A stretch of 63,689 nucleotides of DNA, the filler included, from Lama guanicoe (Eukaryota): the NCBI GenBank assembly GCA_013239625.1. It is 137 parts of 137 records of this genome, joined end to end, with 100 filler letters (N's around TTAATTAATTAA, not from the genome) between each part and the next. Parts side by side here need not be neighbours in the genome. Positions count along the whole stretch, not along the records: positions 1 to 364 come from PNXV01058251.1; positions 465 to 828 come from PNXV01058252.1; positions 929 to 1,292 come from PNXV01058253.1; positions 1,393 to 1,756 come from PNXV01058254.1; positions 1,857 to 2,220 come from PNXV01058255.1; positions 2,321 to 2,684 come from PNXV01058256.1; positions 2,785 to 3,148 come from PNXV01058257.1; positions 3,249 to 3,612 come from PNXV01058258.1; 129 more parts are not named here. The stretch is one strand, 5' to 3'. Every line of letters begins with the position of its first letter. The first letter of the stretch is position 1. The notes beneath the pieces were generated by a model. The model made no database searches, was not told the origin of the DNA, and was given only the letters and a program-made list of their open reading frames with translations. The position numbers were made by a program, and so were the translations under genes. Of the stretch, positions 1 through 11,969 are shown in pieces.

Positions 1-364
1 TAGTTAAATTGTTTATCTAGTTTGTTTACCTTCTCCAACATGTCAATACCCTTTTCACAATTATTCTCCACTACTAGTCAATTTGTTATTCCAGATGCTA
101 GCTACCTTGCTTTAGAACACACATGCCTTCATATCCATAGTGGTTTCAACAAAGGAATCATGTCTGACACTAGAGCCACTCTACTTATTGTTACATTTAC
201 CTTCATTCTTTCATTTTACCTGTACAAAGAAAAAGAGATTTTCATACAGTCTTGGATTTTCCTGTGTCCTCTAACAAAAAGTGCCATAATATCTTGCTAT
301 TGTGGAAATAAAGCTAATGAACAGTTCTAGAGGACAGTGACCAAGTGATATGGCAAAGACCACA

Positions 365-464
365 NNNNNNNNNNNNNNNNNNNNNNNNNNNNNNNNNNNN
401 NNNNNNNNTTAATTAATTAANNNNNNNNNNNNNNNNNNNNNNNNNNNNNNNNNNNNNNNNNNNN
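365..464. other. Artificial contig-joining linker N44-TTAATTAATTAA-N44 (first of about 136 identical copies)
   Basis: N at 365-408, TTAATTAATTAA at 409-420, N at 421-464. The same 100-nt cassette recurs every ~464-468 nt. The 12-mer is self-complementary with TAA in all three frames. Confidence 0.99.
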
Positions 465-603
465 GGGCCTGACCTGCTGCCTGAGGCCCCACTGGCCCTC
501 CTGGCCCCTGCCCAGGGCCCTCTGGCCTCTCCCTGTGCTGGGCCTGGGGAGGCCCAGGCAAGGATGCAGAATGCGAGGGCAGGAGACGCACCGCCCCACC
601 TAC

Positions 604-660
604 CCGGGGCCGGACTCCTGCCTTGAAAGGGGGGGGCCCTGACGGCGAAGGCAACACAGA
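604..660 (-). CDS. Candidate 57-nt internal exon (SVLPSPSGPPPFKAGVRPR), gene unidentified
   Basis: On the minus strand: pyrimidine tract ...ccccccattccgtgtcccccAG, a 57-nt frame-preserving open segment, then donor GG|GTAGGT. GC-rich context. Confidence 0.35.
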
Positions 661-984
661 CTGGGGGACACGGAATGGGGGGAGGTGTGTTGCTGCTGCG
701 GTTCCTCTTCCCCCCGCGTCTGAGAACGAAAGGCAGAGATGGCTTTAAGAAAAGGAAAAGGGAATTCAGGTCCCTTGGGAGGCGGTGCAGGCTGCCGGGG
801 CCTCCGCGATAAACGTGGGACGGCCTCTNNNNNNNNNNNNNNNNNNNNNNNNNNNNNNNNNNNNNNNNNNNNTTAATTAATTAANNNNNNNNNNNNNNNN
901 NNNNNNNNNNNNNNNNNNNNNNNNNNNNTCATGTTTTATTTCATCTGGCTCTTTATGTGTAGTTCTTTATCCTTTAACTCTGTT

Positions 985-1285
985 CAAATGTCACTTCTCC
1001 AGAGAGATTTTTCCCATTACCTTTTCTGAAATATGCCTCCCCCTGTCCCCAACCAGCCACTCTGATGTGATATTCCCAGGGTACCGCTGGGTTTACTCCC
1101 TGTAAAATAGTTATCATAAAGCCAGGACATTTTCATGTATAAATTCATTTATTTATTTAGATGTGGCTTCTGTCTCATGACACTTCAAGTTCTGTAAAGG
1201 TAAGGGTATCTGTTGTTGGTGATCATTTAACCTGCATTGCTTGCAGGGCCTCTAGCAGATGGTAGGAGCTCAATAAATATTTTTA
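985..1285 (+). mobile_element. L2 LINE 3' end relic
   Basis: L2-like motifs aaatgtcacttctccagagag ... ggtaggagctcaataaatattt. Confidence 0.55.
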
Positions 1286-2787
1286 GAATTAANNNNNNNN
1301 NNNNNNNNNNNNNNNNNNNNNNNNNNNNNNNNNNNNTTAATTAATTAANNNNNNNNNNNNNNNNNNNNNNNNNNNNNNNNNNNNNNNNNNNNTTTGCGTT
1401 TCTTACTGATTGTGGAAGGCTTCATGCTGATGCCCTCCTCATCATTTTGAAAGCAACGGAAATTCTATTTGATGTGAGATGTCACTGAAATGGGAGTTGG
1501 AAAATCAGGATTCTAAGATAAGGTCTCATACTAATGCCTTATCTCATTGAGACCTACACTGTTCACTCAAGAAAAATAAACATCAGATAAATTAATCTCC
1601 GAGATCCCTTCCGTCTTTAAATTATCAATGATTCTTTCGTTCCATAAAAAGAAAGAGCCAGTCAGAAGCCTCAGAAGAAAGAAGGAGGTGCAGAGCAGGA
1701 CATCTCTTATTCAAGAAGTACAGTGGGTGCCGAAAGAGACTGACTGAGGTTTTTTTNNNNNNNNNNNNNNNNNNNNNNNNNNNNNNNNNNNNNNNNNNNN
1801 TTAATTAATTAANNNNNNNNNNNNNNNNNNNNNNNNNNNNNNNNNNNNNNNNNNNNGGATAACTTGTTGAGTGAGAACAAGGAAGTTGGAGCCAAGTGTG
1901 TATGTTAGACAACTATTCATCTAAGAAACAAAGGAGATACAAATATGCAAAAAATTACATTGAAAATAGCAATGAGGAAGAAGACCTTAAAGTACAAAAA
2001 GAAATACGTATGAAGGAGTAAGAAAACTCATGAAAGGAACAGCAATATCAACGTGATATCATTGAATGGGAATCTGACTTTGTAGAACTTCTTTTGGAAA
2101 CATAAATACTTTGCAAAATCATAAAACAAAATCTAAATTCAGAAGTTGATTCCTAAAAAGAAAACACTGAAGGCGTCCATGCGTGTAGAGGTGACACATG
2201 GTTCAAGTGTTCATTTCAGGNNNNNNNNNNNNNNNNNNNNNNNNNNNNNNNNNNNNNNNNNNNNTTAATTAATTAANNNNNNNNNNNNNNNNNNNNNNNN
2301 NNNNNNNNNNNNNNNNNNNNTCTTATCTAAGAAACCGATGTTTTAGATCTCCATTATAGTGTCAAACCTATATCCTAAATTATACATGCTTATAAAAATA
2401 TAACAAGGAACTTTTCAATGCAATGTATAAGATATATGTGGAAACACAGAGAATGGCTTTTAAAAGCCTATTCCAACTACATTGCTGGCTAATTTGGATC
2501 ATGACTCAGTATGGAAATTCTGTGTTTTATGAAACCATTAGCTACAAGATAATAATAGTAATTAAAATACAGTGATAAATTACAGCTTACTTAAACAATT
2601 TAAGAAAACTCTAAGCATTCTTAAATCTCACTGGAATGAAATGCATTCTGGAATAGAGATTTGTAAACACAGTGAAAATGCCCTNNNNNNNNNNNNNNNN
2701 NNNNNNNNNNNNNNNNNNNNNNNNNNNNTTAATTAATTAANNNNNNNNNNNNNNNNNNNNNNNNNNNNNNNNNNNNNNNNNNNNCAT

Positions 2788-2978
2788 GGAAGACATTTGA
2801 TAATGTCTGGAGACATTTCTGGTTGTCACGGCTAGAGGGGTCCTGCTGCTGGCATCTAGTGAGACAGGCCCCTCCCTACTCATGGGACAGCCCCACACCC
2901 ACCCCGACACAATGCACAGGTTCTACAAGAAAGAAATGTCTGGCTCAGGACATCACTGGTGCCGAGTCAGGGAGCCTC
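2788..2978 (+). mobile_element. MER20 (hAT-Charlie) DNA transposon relic
   Basis: gacatttgataatgtctggagacatttctggttgtcac...ctggcatctagtg...acaatgcacagg matches the recalled MER20 consensus. Confidence 0.8.
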
Positions 2979-3324
2979 AGCAGACCCTGTCCCGTCTCCT
3001 GCCCCACACGGCAGGGCACCCAGTTCCCTCCCCACGGGTGTCATCACCTCAATGGTCTTATTCCCCTGGTCACCACTTTCTACATCCTTCGAAATGTAAC
3101 CCGAGTACTTTTCCCCTAAAGTGTTTATCTCCTTAGTCATGGCTCCCCNNNNNNNNNNNNNNNNNNNNNNNNNNNNNNNNNNNNNNNNNNNNTTAATTAA
3201 TTAANNNNNNNNNNNNNNNNNNNNNNNNNNNNNNNNNNNNNNNNNNNNCAGGAAACCAGATGGTGCTGGCAGGAGACTAGTGGCCCTGCTTGGGGGTCCT
3301 GCCAATCTTTTTATGGGGATTCCC

Positions 3325-3612
3325 GCCTCATAGGGTATTACAAGATATTGAATATAGTTCCGTGTTCATCTGTTTTATATATAGTAATGTGTATCTGCTA
3401 ATCCCAAATTCCTAATTCATCCCTCTCCACTCTTACCCCTTTGGTAACCTTGAGTTTGTTTTCAATGTCTGTGAGTCTATTCCTGCTTTGTAAAGAAGTT
3501 CATTTGTATTATATTATTACATTCCACATATAAGTGATATATAATATTTGTCATTTTCTATCTGACTTACTTTACTTAGTATGATCATCTCTAGATCCAT
3601 CCATGTTGCTGC
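3325..3612 (-). mobile_element. L1 3' UTR/ORF2 end, cetartiodactyl type
   Basis: ctgctaatcccaaattcc...gtctgtgagtctat...attccacatataagtgatat...tccatccatgttgctgc is a typical antisense L1 3' end. Confidence 0.85.
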
Positions 3613-6032
3613 NNNNNNNNNNNNNNNNNNNNNNNNNNNNNNNNNNNNNNNNNNNNTTAATTAATTAANNNNNNNNNNNNNNNNNNNNNNNNNNNNNNNN
3701 NNNNNNNNNNNNCTTTGACAACTTAATCCCTAATTCAGGACATCCATATAATTAATTTATAGAAAGGTTTTTCAGTAAAATACTTCACATAAAATGTATA
3801 TGAGATGCTGAGATCTGGATAACAATACACCTTATTTGAAAGGCATTCACAGTTTTCAAATGCTGCAGCACAATCCCACTTAAGGCCATAGTTACTTGGT
3901 TCCTAAATGCTTGGGATTCTGCTTGAGGGAAGTTTTAAAAGGCCTGTGTCTTCTCCTGTGTCCACAACTGTAGAAGCACACTGATGGCCCTCATTCCTGC
4001 TCTCCAAATTTCAAATAAGGGGTCAGAGCCAAGGGTAAGGATAACCAAGAAAGTCTTAAGTGGGGAGGATATAGTTNNNNNNNNNNNNNNNNNNNNNNNN
4101 NNNNNNNNNNNNNNNNNNNNTTAATTAATTAANNNNNNNNNNNNNNNNNNNNNNNNNNNNNNNNNNNNNNNNNNNNTCTCTTTAAATTCAAAATGAGGAA
4201 AACAAAACATTAAACAACTGAGATGAACTTTCCAAAGAAATCAGAGGAAAACCAGGTAATACAGTGTCATGGGAGCCAAACAAAGACTTTATCAGGCTGG
4301 TCATGGTGAAAATTGTCACATGGTTTTAAATGGCTCCACATCTCTCAGTTTTTGTTTTTAAAGATAGTTTTTGTTGTTGTAATTAAGGTTTACATGCATT
4401 TATATTTCTTTTTAAGATTTTTTTTTAACTTCTGAGATTTTTAACGTCCTTTATATTTTATAACGTAATTCAGTGATCGTAACTTTTGTCTGACAGTTTT
4501 GTCTCCAACATCATTTTTTTAACTTTTGTTTTTATTTTTTNNNNNNNNNNNNNNNNNNNNNNNNNNNNNNNNNNNNNNNNNNNNTTAATTAATTAANNNN
4601 NNNNNNNNNNNNNNNNNNNNNNNNNNNNNNNNNNNNNNNNATGATGATGATGGTAGGATGATGATGATAATGGTAATGCCAGCTTCATGTTAACGACATA
4701 ATCAGGAATACCAGTAACCATAAAACATATACCAAACAAAAGAGTTTCAGATGGCTAAGGCAGGCTGGTCATTCTGGAATGCCCAGAACAGAATTATTTA
4801 TGACCTTGCTTGATACAGCTGAGATGGAACAAAGCTTCTGGGAAGGAGAGTTAAGGGGTCTTTATTTGGGTTCCTGAATGTGGCCTTCCTGTGGCTCTAT
4901 TCTCTGAACCAGTTCACTTCTGCGTCCTCTGTGCACACTCTTTACGAGCACCTGATTCCCCAATTAAGACCTACATCTGCAGCAGCCAAACTTCCATCCC
5001 ATCANNNNNNNNNNNNNNNNNNNNNNNNNNNNNNNNNNNNNNNNNNNNTTAATTAATTAANNNNNNNNNNNNNNNNNNNNNNNNNNNNNNNNNNNNNNNN
5101 NNNNTTTTTTTTTCTTTAATCCTGTTGCTAGATTAAAAAATCTAGAAGTTCCTATAACAACGTGGCTGGATTTCATCAAAGTTTTTCTCCTGAAATAATT
5201 TTTAAGGAGATTGGGGAAAATACGTTGAGCATTTGAATGAAGTCAATGCTAGTTGAACCTTGTTTCTTAAAGGATGAATGTCAATCCAGAGAGAGATCTT
5301 AGAGCTGTGTTGCTTCTTTCCAAATATAGGTGTCAAATGCCTGCTGTTAGCTAGAATTTGAGGAAGCAGTGTGAGTAAGATCAAGACTGGCAAAGACAAG
5401 CCCTCCCTTGCCTCAATGAAAATTACATAAGTTTGACTTATTTTATTAAAAAAGTGGTTGGAGAAATANNNNNNNNNNNNNNNNNNNNNNNNNNNNNNNN
5501 NNNNNNNNNNNNTTAATTAATTAANNNNNNNNNNNNNNNNNNNNNNNNNNNNNNNNNNNNNNNNNNNNGGAGGTAAGAGAGGAGAAGCATAGGCAGCCAG
5601 TCCTTTCAAAGATGTGGACTGAGAATGGATATGGCATCCCTTCTAATGGTTTTTGTTGATTACATCAACCACAGGTTCAGCCCAAGCTCAAGAAGATGGA
5701 GAAATATATCCTTTCTGAATTTGTGGCCATCATTTCTCTGCATACCCTCTGTCCTTCGATTTCAAGAAAGGAAAAGGCAGTCAACAGAGAACTGGGTTAC
5801 TATCACAAATGACTAGGGATGGGGAACTAGGATAGTGATGGGGCACAGAAATGCATCAGAAATTCTCACTGTGCTTGCTCCATAGGCTTCCTTTACATGC
5901 CTTAAAGTCCATTTTTCAGATTCAGCCTGAACNNNNNNNNNNNNNNNNNNNNNNNNNNNNNNNNNNNNNNNNNNNNTTAATTAATTAANNNNNNNNNNNN
6001 NNNNNNNNNNNNNNNNNNNNNNNNNNNNNNNN

Positions 6033-6396
6033 TGTTCTGTGGTTAGACAGTGGTAGAAATTGCATAGTCTTCAAGTTGTGTGGTGACTCTTTTTTCTGCC
6101 ATTTCAGAGCTGCTTTGTCCAGCTGGTGAATTGTTCATTTTGGTCTTTGTATTTTCCACCCTCAAAACCTCCTGCTTTTTTCATTAAATCATTGTTAACA
6201 TATTTTCCTTGGTTATCATGCTTTCTCTGGTTTTCTTGAATCCTTCGAACATATTTATCACAGCTGCTGTGAAGGTGGTGTCCGCCAGATCCGACATCTG
6301 GCCCCTCAGAGTCAGTTTCTGTTCACTGATTGCCTTCCTGAGTATGGTCACACTTCCCAGTGTTTTTGTGTAGCTCATAATTTTTTATTGAAAACT
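6033..6396 (-). mobile_element. Old L1 (L1M) 5'/ORF1 region relic
   Basis: Antisense L1M-like motifs atatttatcacagctgct...gtcagtttctgttcactgattg...gtatggtcacactt. Confidence 0.55.
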
Positions 6397-7149
6397 NNNN
6401 NNNNNNNNNNNNNNNNNNNNNNNNNNNNNNNNNNNNNNNNTTAATTAATTAANNNNNNNNNNNNNNNNNNNNNNNNNNNNNNNNNNNNNNNNNNNNAAGT
6501 GGGCAAAAACAAAAATGGAAATGAGATGAAATTTGCACTAGGAGACTGTATTAAGTTGCCTTCTGTTTACTTTGCTTACATTATGCCACAGAGACTTGAT
6601 AAGACAATGTAGATTTATAGCTTTATAGCTTTTTAAAACTGAATTTAAAATTAAACATGTTTTAGGTGTAAACTGAAGCTAAGAAGACAGATTTCCATTG
6701 GTGTTTTACACACACATTCCTCCACACACACATGTTTACATATATATCTGTGTAAAGACAATTTTATAGGTAATGGAATATTCTCAATAAAATTCCTATT
6801 TTTAATTTTGTCCTGTTTCTCTTCTTATTTAAAACTTCATGTAAAGATTTTATGTTCTGANNNNNNNNNNNNNNNNNNNNNNNNNNNNNNNNNNNNNNNN
6901 NNNNTTAATTAATTAANNNNNNNNNNNNNNNNNNNNNNNNNNNNNNNNNNNNNNNNNNNNTATTTCAACTTTAATCAAATAGTTTATCACAATGATTTCC
7001 TTGGGATACTAACTGTTCTATAGGAGCAGCCATCACAGTGTTGGAAAGAAGGATTCAGCAGTAGGACTTCACCCATTCCCTTCAACCAGAACAAATGCAG
7101 GCTTATCAAGGTTATAAAAACACTAAAATTCGCCTTTGAAAAAATATGC

Positions 7150-7324
7150 CAGGGAGTCCAGAAATAGACCTACCTAAATATAGTCAATTGACCTTTTTCA
7201 AAAAAGCTAAGGCTGTACAATGGAGTAAAGACAGTCTCTTCAACATATATTGCTGGAACAACTGGTCATCAACATGCAGAAAGATAAATCTAGATATAGA
7301 CCTTACATCCTTCTCAAAAACTCA
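7150..7324 (+). mobile_element. L1 ORF2 C-terminal fragment
   Basis: Translates as SPEIDLPKYSQLTF..KAKAVQWSKDSLFNIYCWNNW, homologous to L1 ORF2p 'QW.KDSLFNKWCWENW'. Confidence 0.9.
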
Positions 7325-7424
7325 NNNNNNNNNNNNNNNNNNNNNNNNNNNNNNNNNNNNNNNNNNNNTTAATTAATTAANNNNNNNNNNNNNNNNNNNN
7401 NNNNNNNNNNNNNNNNNNNNNNNN

Positions 7425-7788
7425 TTAGTGCTCACAAGTGTCGAAGATGCCATGGTGTCGGGACACCTTCTTCAGAACTGGGGCATTCATCTCTCCAGCA
7501 GCCAGAACCGTGGTCTGCTGATACCCACGTGGGTCCTTCCTCGGGAACTACTCTTGGACAAAGGAGCTGCTTCCTCTGAGATCACGTGGCCCCAGGAGGC
7601 AGCTGCATCCCACGACGGATCAGTGCCTGGCCCCTTACCTCAAATCCAGCCCAACTCCAAGGAGACATTCCAGCTTCCCAGTTCCCTGTGGCCAAGACCT
7701 TTGTTGCAGCAGCATTAAAGTGTGAGCTCTGCCCCTGCTGTTCCTGCTTCCTGCACCCCTCATAGGCATTGTCCCCGGGATCACTTCC
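7425..7788 (+). mobile_element. ERVL LTR relic (LTR16-like)
   Basis: ccagcttcccagttccctgtgg...ctctgcccctgctgttcctgcttcc...cataggcattgtccc resembles the LTR16 family. Confidence 0.55.
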
Positions 7789-8817
7789 NNNNNNNNNNNN
7801 NNNNNNNNNNNNNNNNNNNNNNNNNNNNNNNNTTAATTAATTAANNNNNNNNNNNNNNNNNNNNNNNNNNNNNNNNNNNNNNNNNNNNCCTCTAGAGCTA
7901 GGAACGTGCTCTCAAGTCACCCAGCTTGTGATAATTTGCTGAAGTTCTAGGAAAAAGCCCTAACTTCTAATGGTGTGTGGAGAGAATTACCAAAAAAACA
8001 AAAACAAAAAACAAAGAAACAAACGTTTCTCTCATTTCTGTCTTTTCCCCTATTTCTGTCTCTTCTTCCAAAGCAGCTTGGGACTCTCGGGTGGCCTGGG
8101 GGAGAAGGGGAGATGCTCAGGTTGTAATGAGCACAGCAAACAAAGGAAAAGCAGGTGTTCCTACTTTTGTTTAAGCAGGAGAATAATCTTCAAAGTGAGG
8201 CTTTGAGGAGGAGTTGTCTGAGTTCCTTACTAGATTGGAGCCTTATCTCTGCANNNNNNNNNNNNNNNNNNNNNNNNNNNNNNNNNNNNNNNNNNNNTTA
8301 ATTAATTAANNNNNNNNNNNNNNNNNNNNNNNNNNNNNNNNNNNNNNNNNNNNAAGGCACTTGGCATCCCTGAACAAATTCGGAGTTAACATACATGAAG
8401 GATGGCAGGAAGTGTTTATAGTATGCCAGTTACTAGTAGTATCTATCAACAAATACATCATACATGCAGATTTAGGATCACAAACTTAATGGTGAAATAA
8501 AATGGGGTTGAGAAACAGAAAGTGCCAGAACTGAGGCTCCGGTAATACAAGTTTCAATTCCACTGGTGGTAGTTAGGAAGTTTGCCTTAAAAGTTATAAT
8601 CTCAAAAAAACTGACTATTATCAGGGGTTATGTTTATATTGTGTAATACAAAATTATAAGTTGAAGACACAGTGAACAATAATTTAATAGGTTTTAATGT
8701 AGTTAATTTACTAATGTNNNNNNNNNNNNNNNNNNNNNNNNNNNNNNNNNNNNNNNNNNNNTTAATTAATTAANNNNNNNNNNNNNNNNNNNNNNNNNNN
8801 NNNNNNNNNNNNNNNNN

Positions 8818-9181
8818 AGGAATCTCCAGTGTCCAAATGTAACCTTTTGCTTATTATGCCCTCATTACAATAGAATTAGCCCTGCAGACTAGAAGTACCC
8901 ATCATGCACCAAAGCCATAACACTTCCGATCCAGACTAAATAAGGACAAAAATCCCTTCTCCCCTCTGGAACGTGGAGCTGGGATGAAAATCAGGGAATA
9001 ATATCCTAAACCCTTCCCTCTTCAATAAATATTCTACCCATTCATTTTTTTATCCTATATAACCAACAAAACTCAGGGCAGCTGCTCACCTGAGCCTGCC
9101 CATTCTCCCTTTGAAAGCATACTGTCTATCCCTTAATAAATCCTCACTTTACTTTCTCAACCTCCATGTCTCATCTCTGAA
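8818..9181 (+). mobile_element. Endogenous retrovirus LTR (U3/R part)
   Basis: TATA-like cctatataa at ~9055, a typical R-region stretch, then polyA signal aataaa at ~9135 followed by cctcacttttacttt. Confidence 0.65.
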
Positions 9182-9869
9182 NNNNNNNNNNNNNNNNNNN
9201 NNNNNNNNNNNNNNNNNNNNNNNNNTTAATTAATTAANNNNNNNNNNNNNNNNNNNNNNNNNNNNNNNNNNNNNNNNNNNNTTTTTTAATTGAAAATATG
9301 CACTAAGAATTTGTATACTTTTAAGCTTAGATGGGTTTAGTAGAGACTCAGTCGAAGATATTATGTGTAATTTTCAAATACAAGTAAATCATGTTTTTGT
9401 TAAAAATCTGTCTGGTTCTTAAAGAAATTACATTTATTTTAATTGTTAAAATGATCTGAGGTCTAAACTAAGTATAAGATTGCCATTTATATATTTTTCT
9501 TTCATATTTCATTCTTACATACAATTTCTGCTTAAGGCACCATAATTTAAAGTTTCTATGTGAAACTTATGCTTGAAAAGTAGAGTCAAATAAAAATGAA
9601 ATGTTCAAATTATATTACTGTCACTCAAACAAAATAGTGTATCAATNNNNNNNNNNNNNNNNNNNNNNNNNNNNNNNNNNNNNNNNNNNNTTAATTAATT
9701 AANNNNNNNNNNNNNNNNNNNNNNNNNNNNNNNNNNNNNNNNNNNNAAGGGCAGACTGGGGGTGTCCAGGGTGAGCATTGCAGGAGGGGTAGGGAGGCTG
9801 TGGGTGAAATGATCCAGCTTTAATTTTGAGGTGAGGGTGGTATTAGACATCCAATCAGGGCCCACAGTG

Positions 9870-10105
9870 TTTGCCAGAGAAACAGCACCAATGGGATACA
9901 TGTGATTACGTGTGTATGTCTAAAGAGAGGGATCTATTTTAAGGAATTGACTCACATGGTCATGGGAATGGTGAGTCTGAAATCTTTAGAGCAAGCGGGC
10001 AGACTGGAAACGCAAGTAAAAGCTGATGTTACACTCTTGAGGCAGGGTTCCTTCCTCTCCAGGAAAACTTCAAGTGATAGAATAAAGCTCATTCATATTA
10101 TGGGG
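9870..10105 (-). mobile_element. MLT2 (ERVL) LTR relic
   Basis: cagagaaacagcaccaat...ttttaaggaattgactcacatg...gtctgaaatct is a hallmark of MLT2. Confidence 0.75.
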
Positions 10106-10675
10106 TAGGGNNNNNNNNNNNNNNNNNNNNNNNNNNNNNNNNNNNNNNNNNNNNTTAATTAATTAANNNNNNNNNNNNNNNNNNNNNNNNNNNNNNNNNN
10201 NNNNNNNNNNCCTCAAACATCCTCACCAACCACTTTCTTTGCATTTTTCAGCCAGTTACTTGACCACAGTTGGAACAAAAAGGTGAACTTGGGCAACAGG
10301 TCACAGAAAATAAGGCTTGTCTTGATGGAAACCGTCACCAAGGGAGTACCGTACAGCCAAGAGTGTGTTCTGCTTTCCTCTTTGGAACATAAATTCCTAT
10401 AGAGGGGCCAAAGAAACCTAAATGATAAACACAAGCAGCCCTGGATAGACGACAAGTATAAGCATAATCTTTGAAGGCTGCTTGTCTTGTTTCCCATTAT
10501 ATTTGCTGGATGAAGCATGCTAGAGGGAATTTTTTGGAGTAATTTATCAATAGTGCAGTTAAACATCAGAGTGTCNNNNNNNNNNNNNNNNNNNNNNNNN
10601 NNNNNNNNNNNNNNNNNNNTTAATTAATTAANNNNNNNNNNNNNNNNNNNNNNNNNNNNNNNNNNNNNNNNNNNN

Positions 10676-11040
10676 GGAAGACATGATCAGCAGGGCTGAG
10701 ATGCTGGTAACACTGGGCAGATAAGTAAATGTACTGAGGGTGGTGAGAGCCAGGTTTCTCACTGTTGGAGACGGTATCTGTAAACACAGAAGAGGAAAGC
10801 TAGAAAACCACCTAAAGTGTTGGAATGTAATTCAGATTTTAAGCACACAAATCGAGTAGTGCTTGTGGGTGTGTTTTGGATCTGGGTGCTGAGAGGGCCT
10901 AAACACAGTGACACCCCAGTAGCATTGAGCACACCAGGTGCCAGGGGGTTAATTTTAAATACTATCCTCCCACCAATAAAAGACCAGGTCTCTGAAGTGA
11001 TGGCTTATTGAAAGTCAGAGATGGGGAGAAATACAAGATG
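10676..11040 (+). mobile_element. Old L1 (L1MC/L1MD) 3' UTR relic
   Basis: gagagccaggtttctcactgttggag...gacaccccagtagca...gagcacacc...aaatacaagatg. Confidence 0.65.
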
Positions 11041-11604
11041 NNNNNNNNNNNNNNNNNNNNNNNNNNNNNNNNNNNNNNNNNNNNTTAATTAATTAANNNN
11101 NNNNNNNNNNNNNNNNNNNNNNNNNNNNNNNNNNNNNNNNTTCCTGGCCTATGGCGCGAAAGGCTATGGTGAGGGCAGCCAGGAGCGCAGGGGTTCTCTA
11201 GAAGTGGGCGGCCATGTATAGTTACTCAGGCTGTACGCAAGGACATCTAGCCAAGGAGGGAAACAGGCATGAAACCTAGTACTTGGTGATCATCTCATTA
11301 AGAAGGGGTGCTTCATTCTGATTCACACAAAGGCTCAGTATGGGCAAGTGGTGGTCCTGGGGAAGCCTTAGCTCCGGCCTCACAGGGCAAGAACCAGGGC
11401 TGCTGATGGGTGGGAAAGGACTCAGGAAAGCAGGCTTAGCACCTTTTTGCATGGCGCTCACGTAGACCTCCCTGAGTTGGGAAGAAGCCCGGCTTTGCTC
11501 TCCANNNNNNNNNNNNNNNNNNNNNNNNNNNNNNNNNNNNNNNNNNNNTTAATTAATTAANNNNNNNNNNNNNNNNNNNNNNNNNNNNNNNNNNNNNNNN
11601 NNNN

Positions 11605-11969
11605 CCATCACCACAGAAGGCAGGGCCAGGCAACCAACCAGCTCCCACTACTAGCACACATAGGAGTTGGCCAAGCCGCTATAGGAGGGCCCACCTCACC
11701 CATATAGGGGCACCTGTAGAGAATACAGCTCTGATGACTAGTGGGCAGTGTGCTGCTGGGCCCCACAGGACGTCTCCTGCATAAGGCCACTTCTCCAAGA
11801 TCAGGAAACATAACCAACCTACCTAATGTACAGAAATAAACACAAAATGTAAGGCAAAATGAGGAGATAGAAATATGTTCCAAACAAAGGAACAAGATAA
11901 AACCTCAGAAGAAGAATTAAATGAAGTGGAATAAGCAACCTTCCCAACAAAGAGTTCGAAGTGATGATC
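11605..11969 (+). mobile_element. L1 5' UTR / ORF1 start relic
   Basis: ggcaaaatgaggaga..gaaatatgttccaaacaaaggaacaagataaaacctcagaa...aaagagttcgaagtgatgatc corresponds to the L1 ORF1 N-terminus. Confidence 0.75.
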
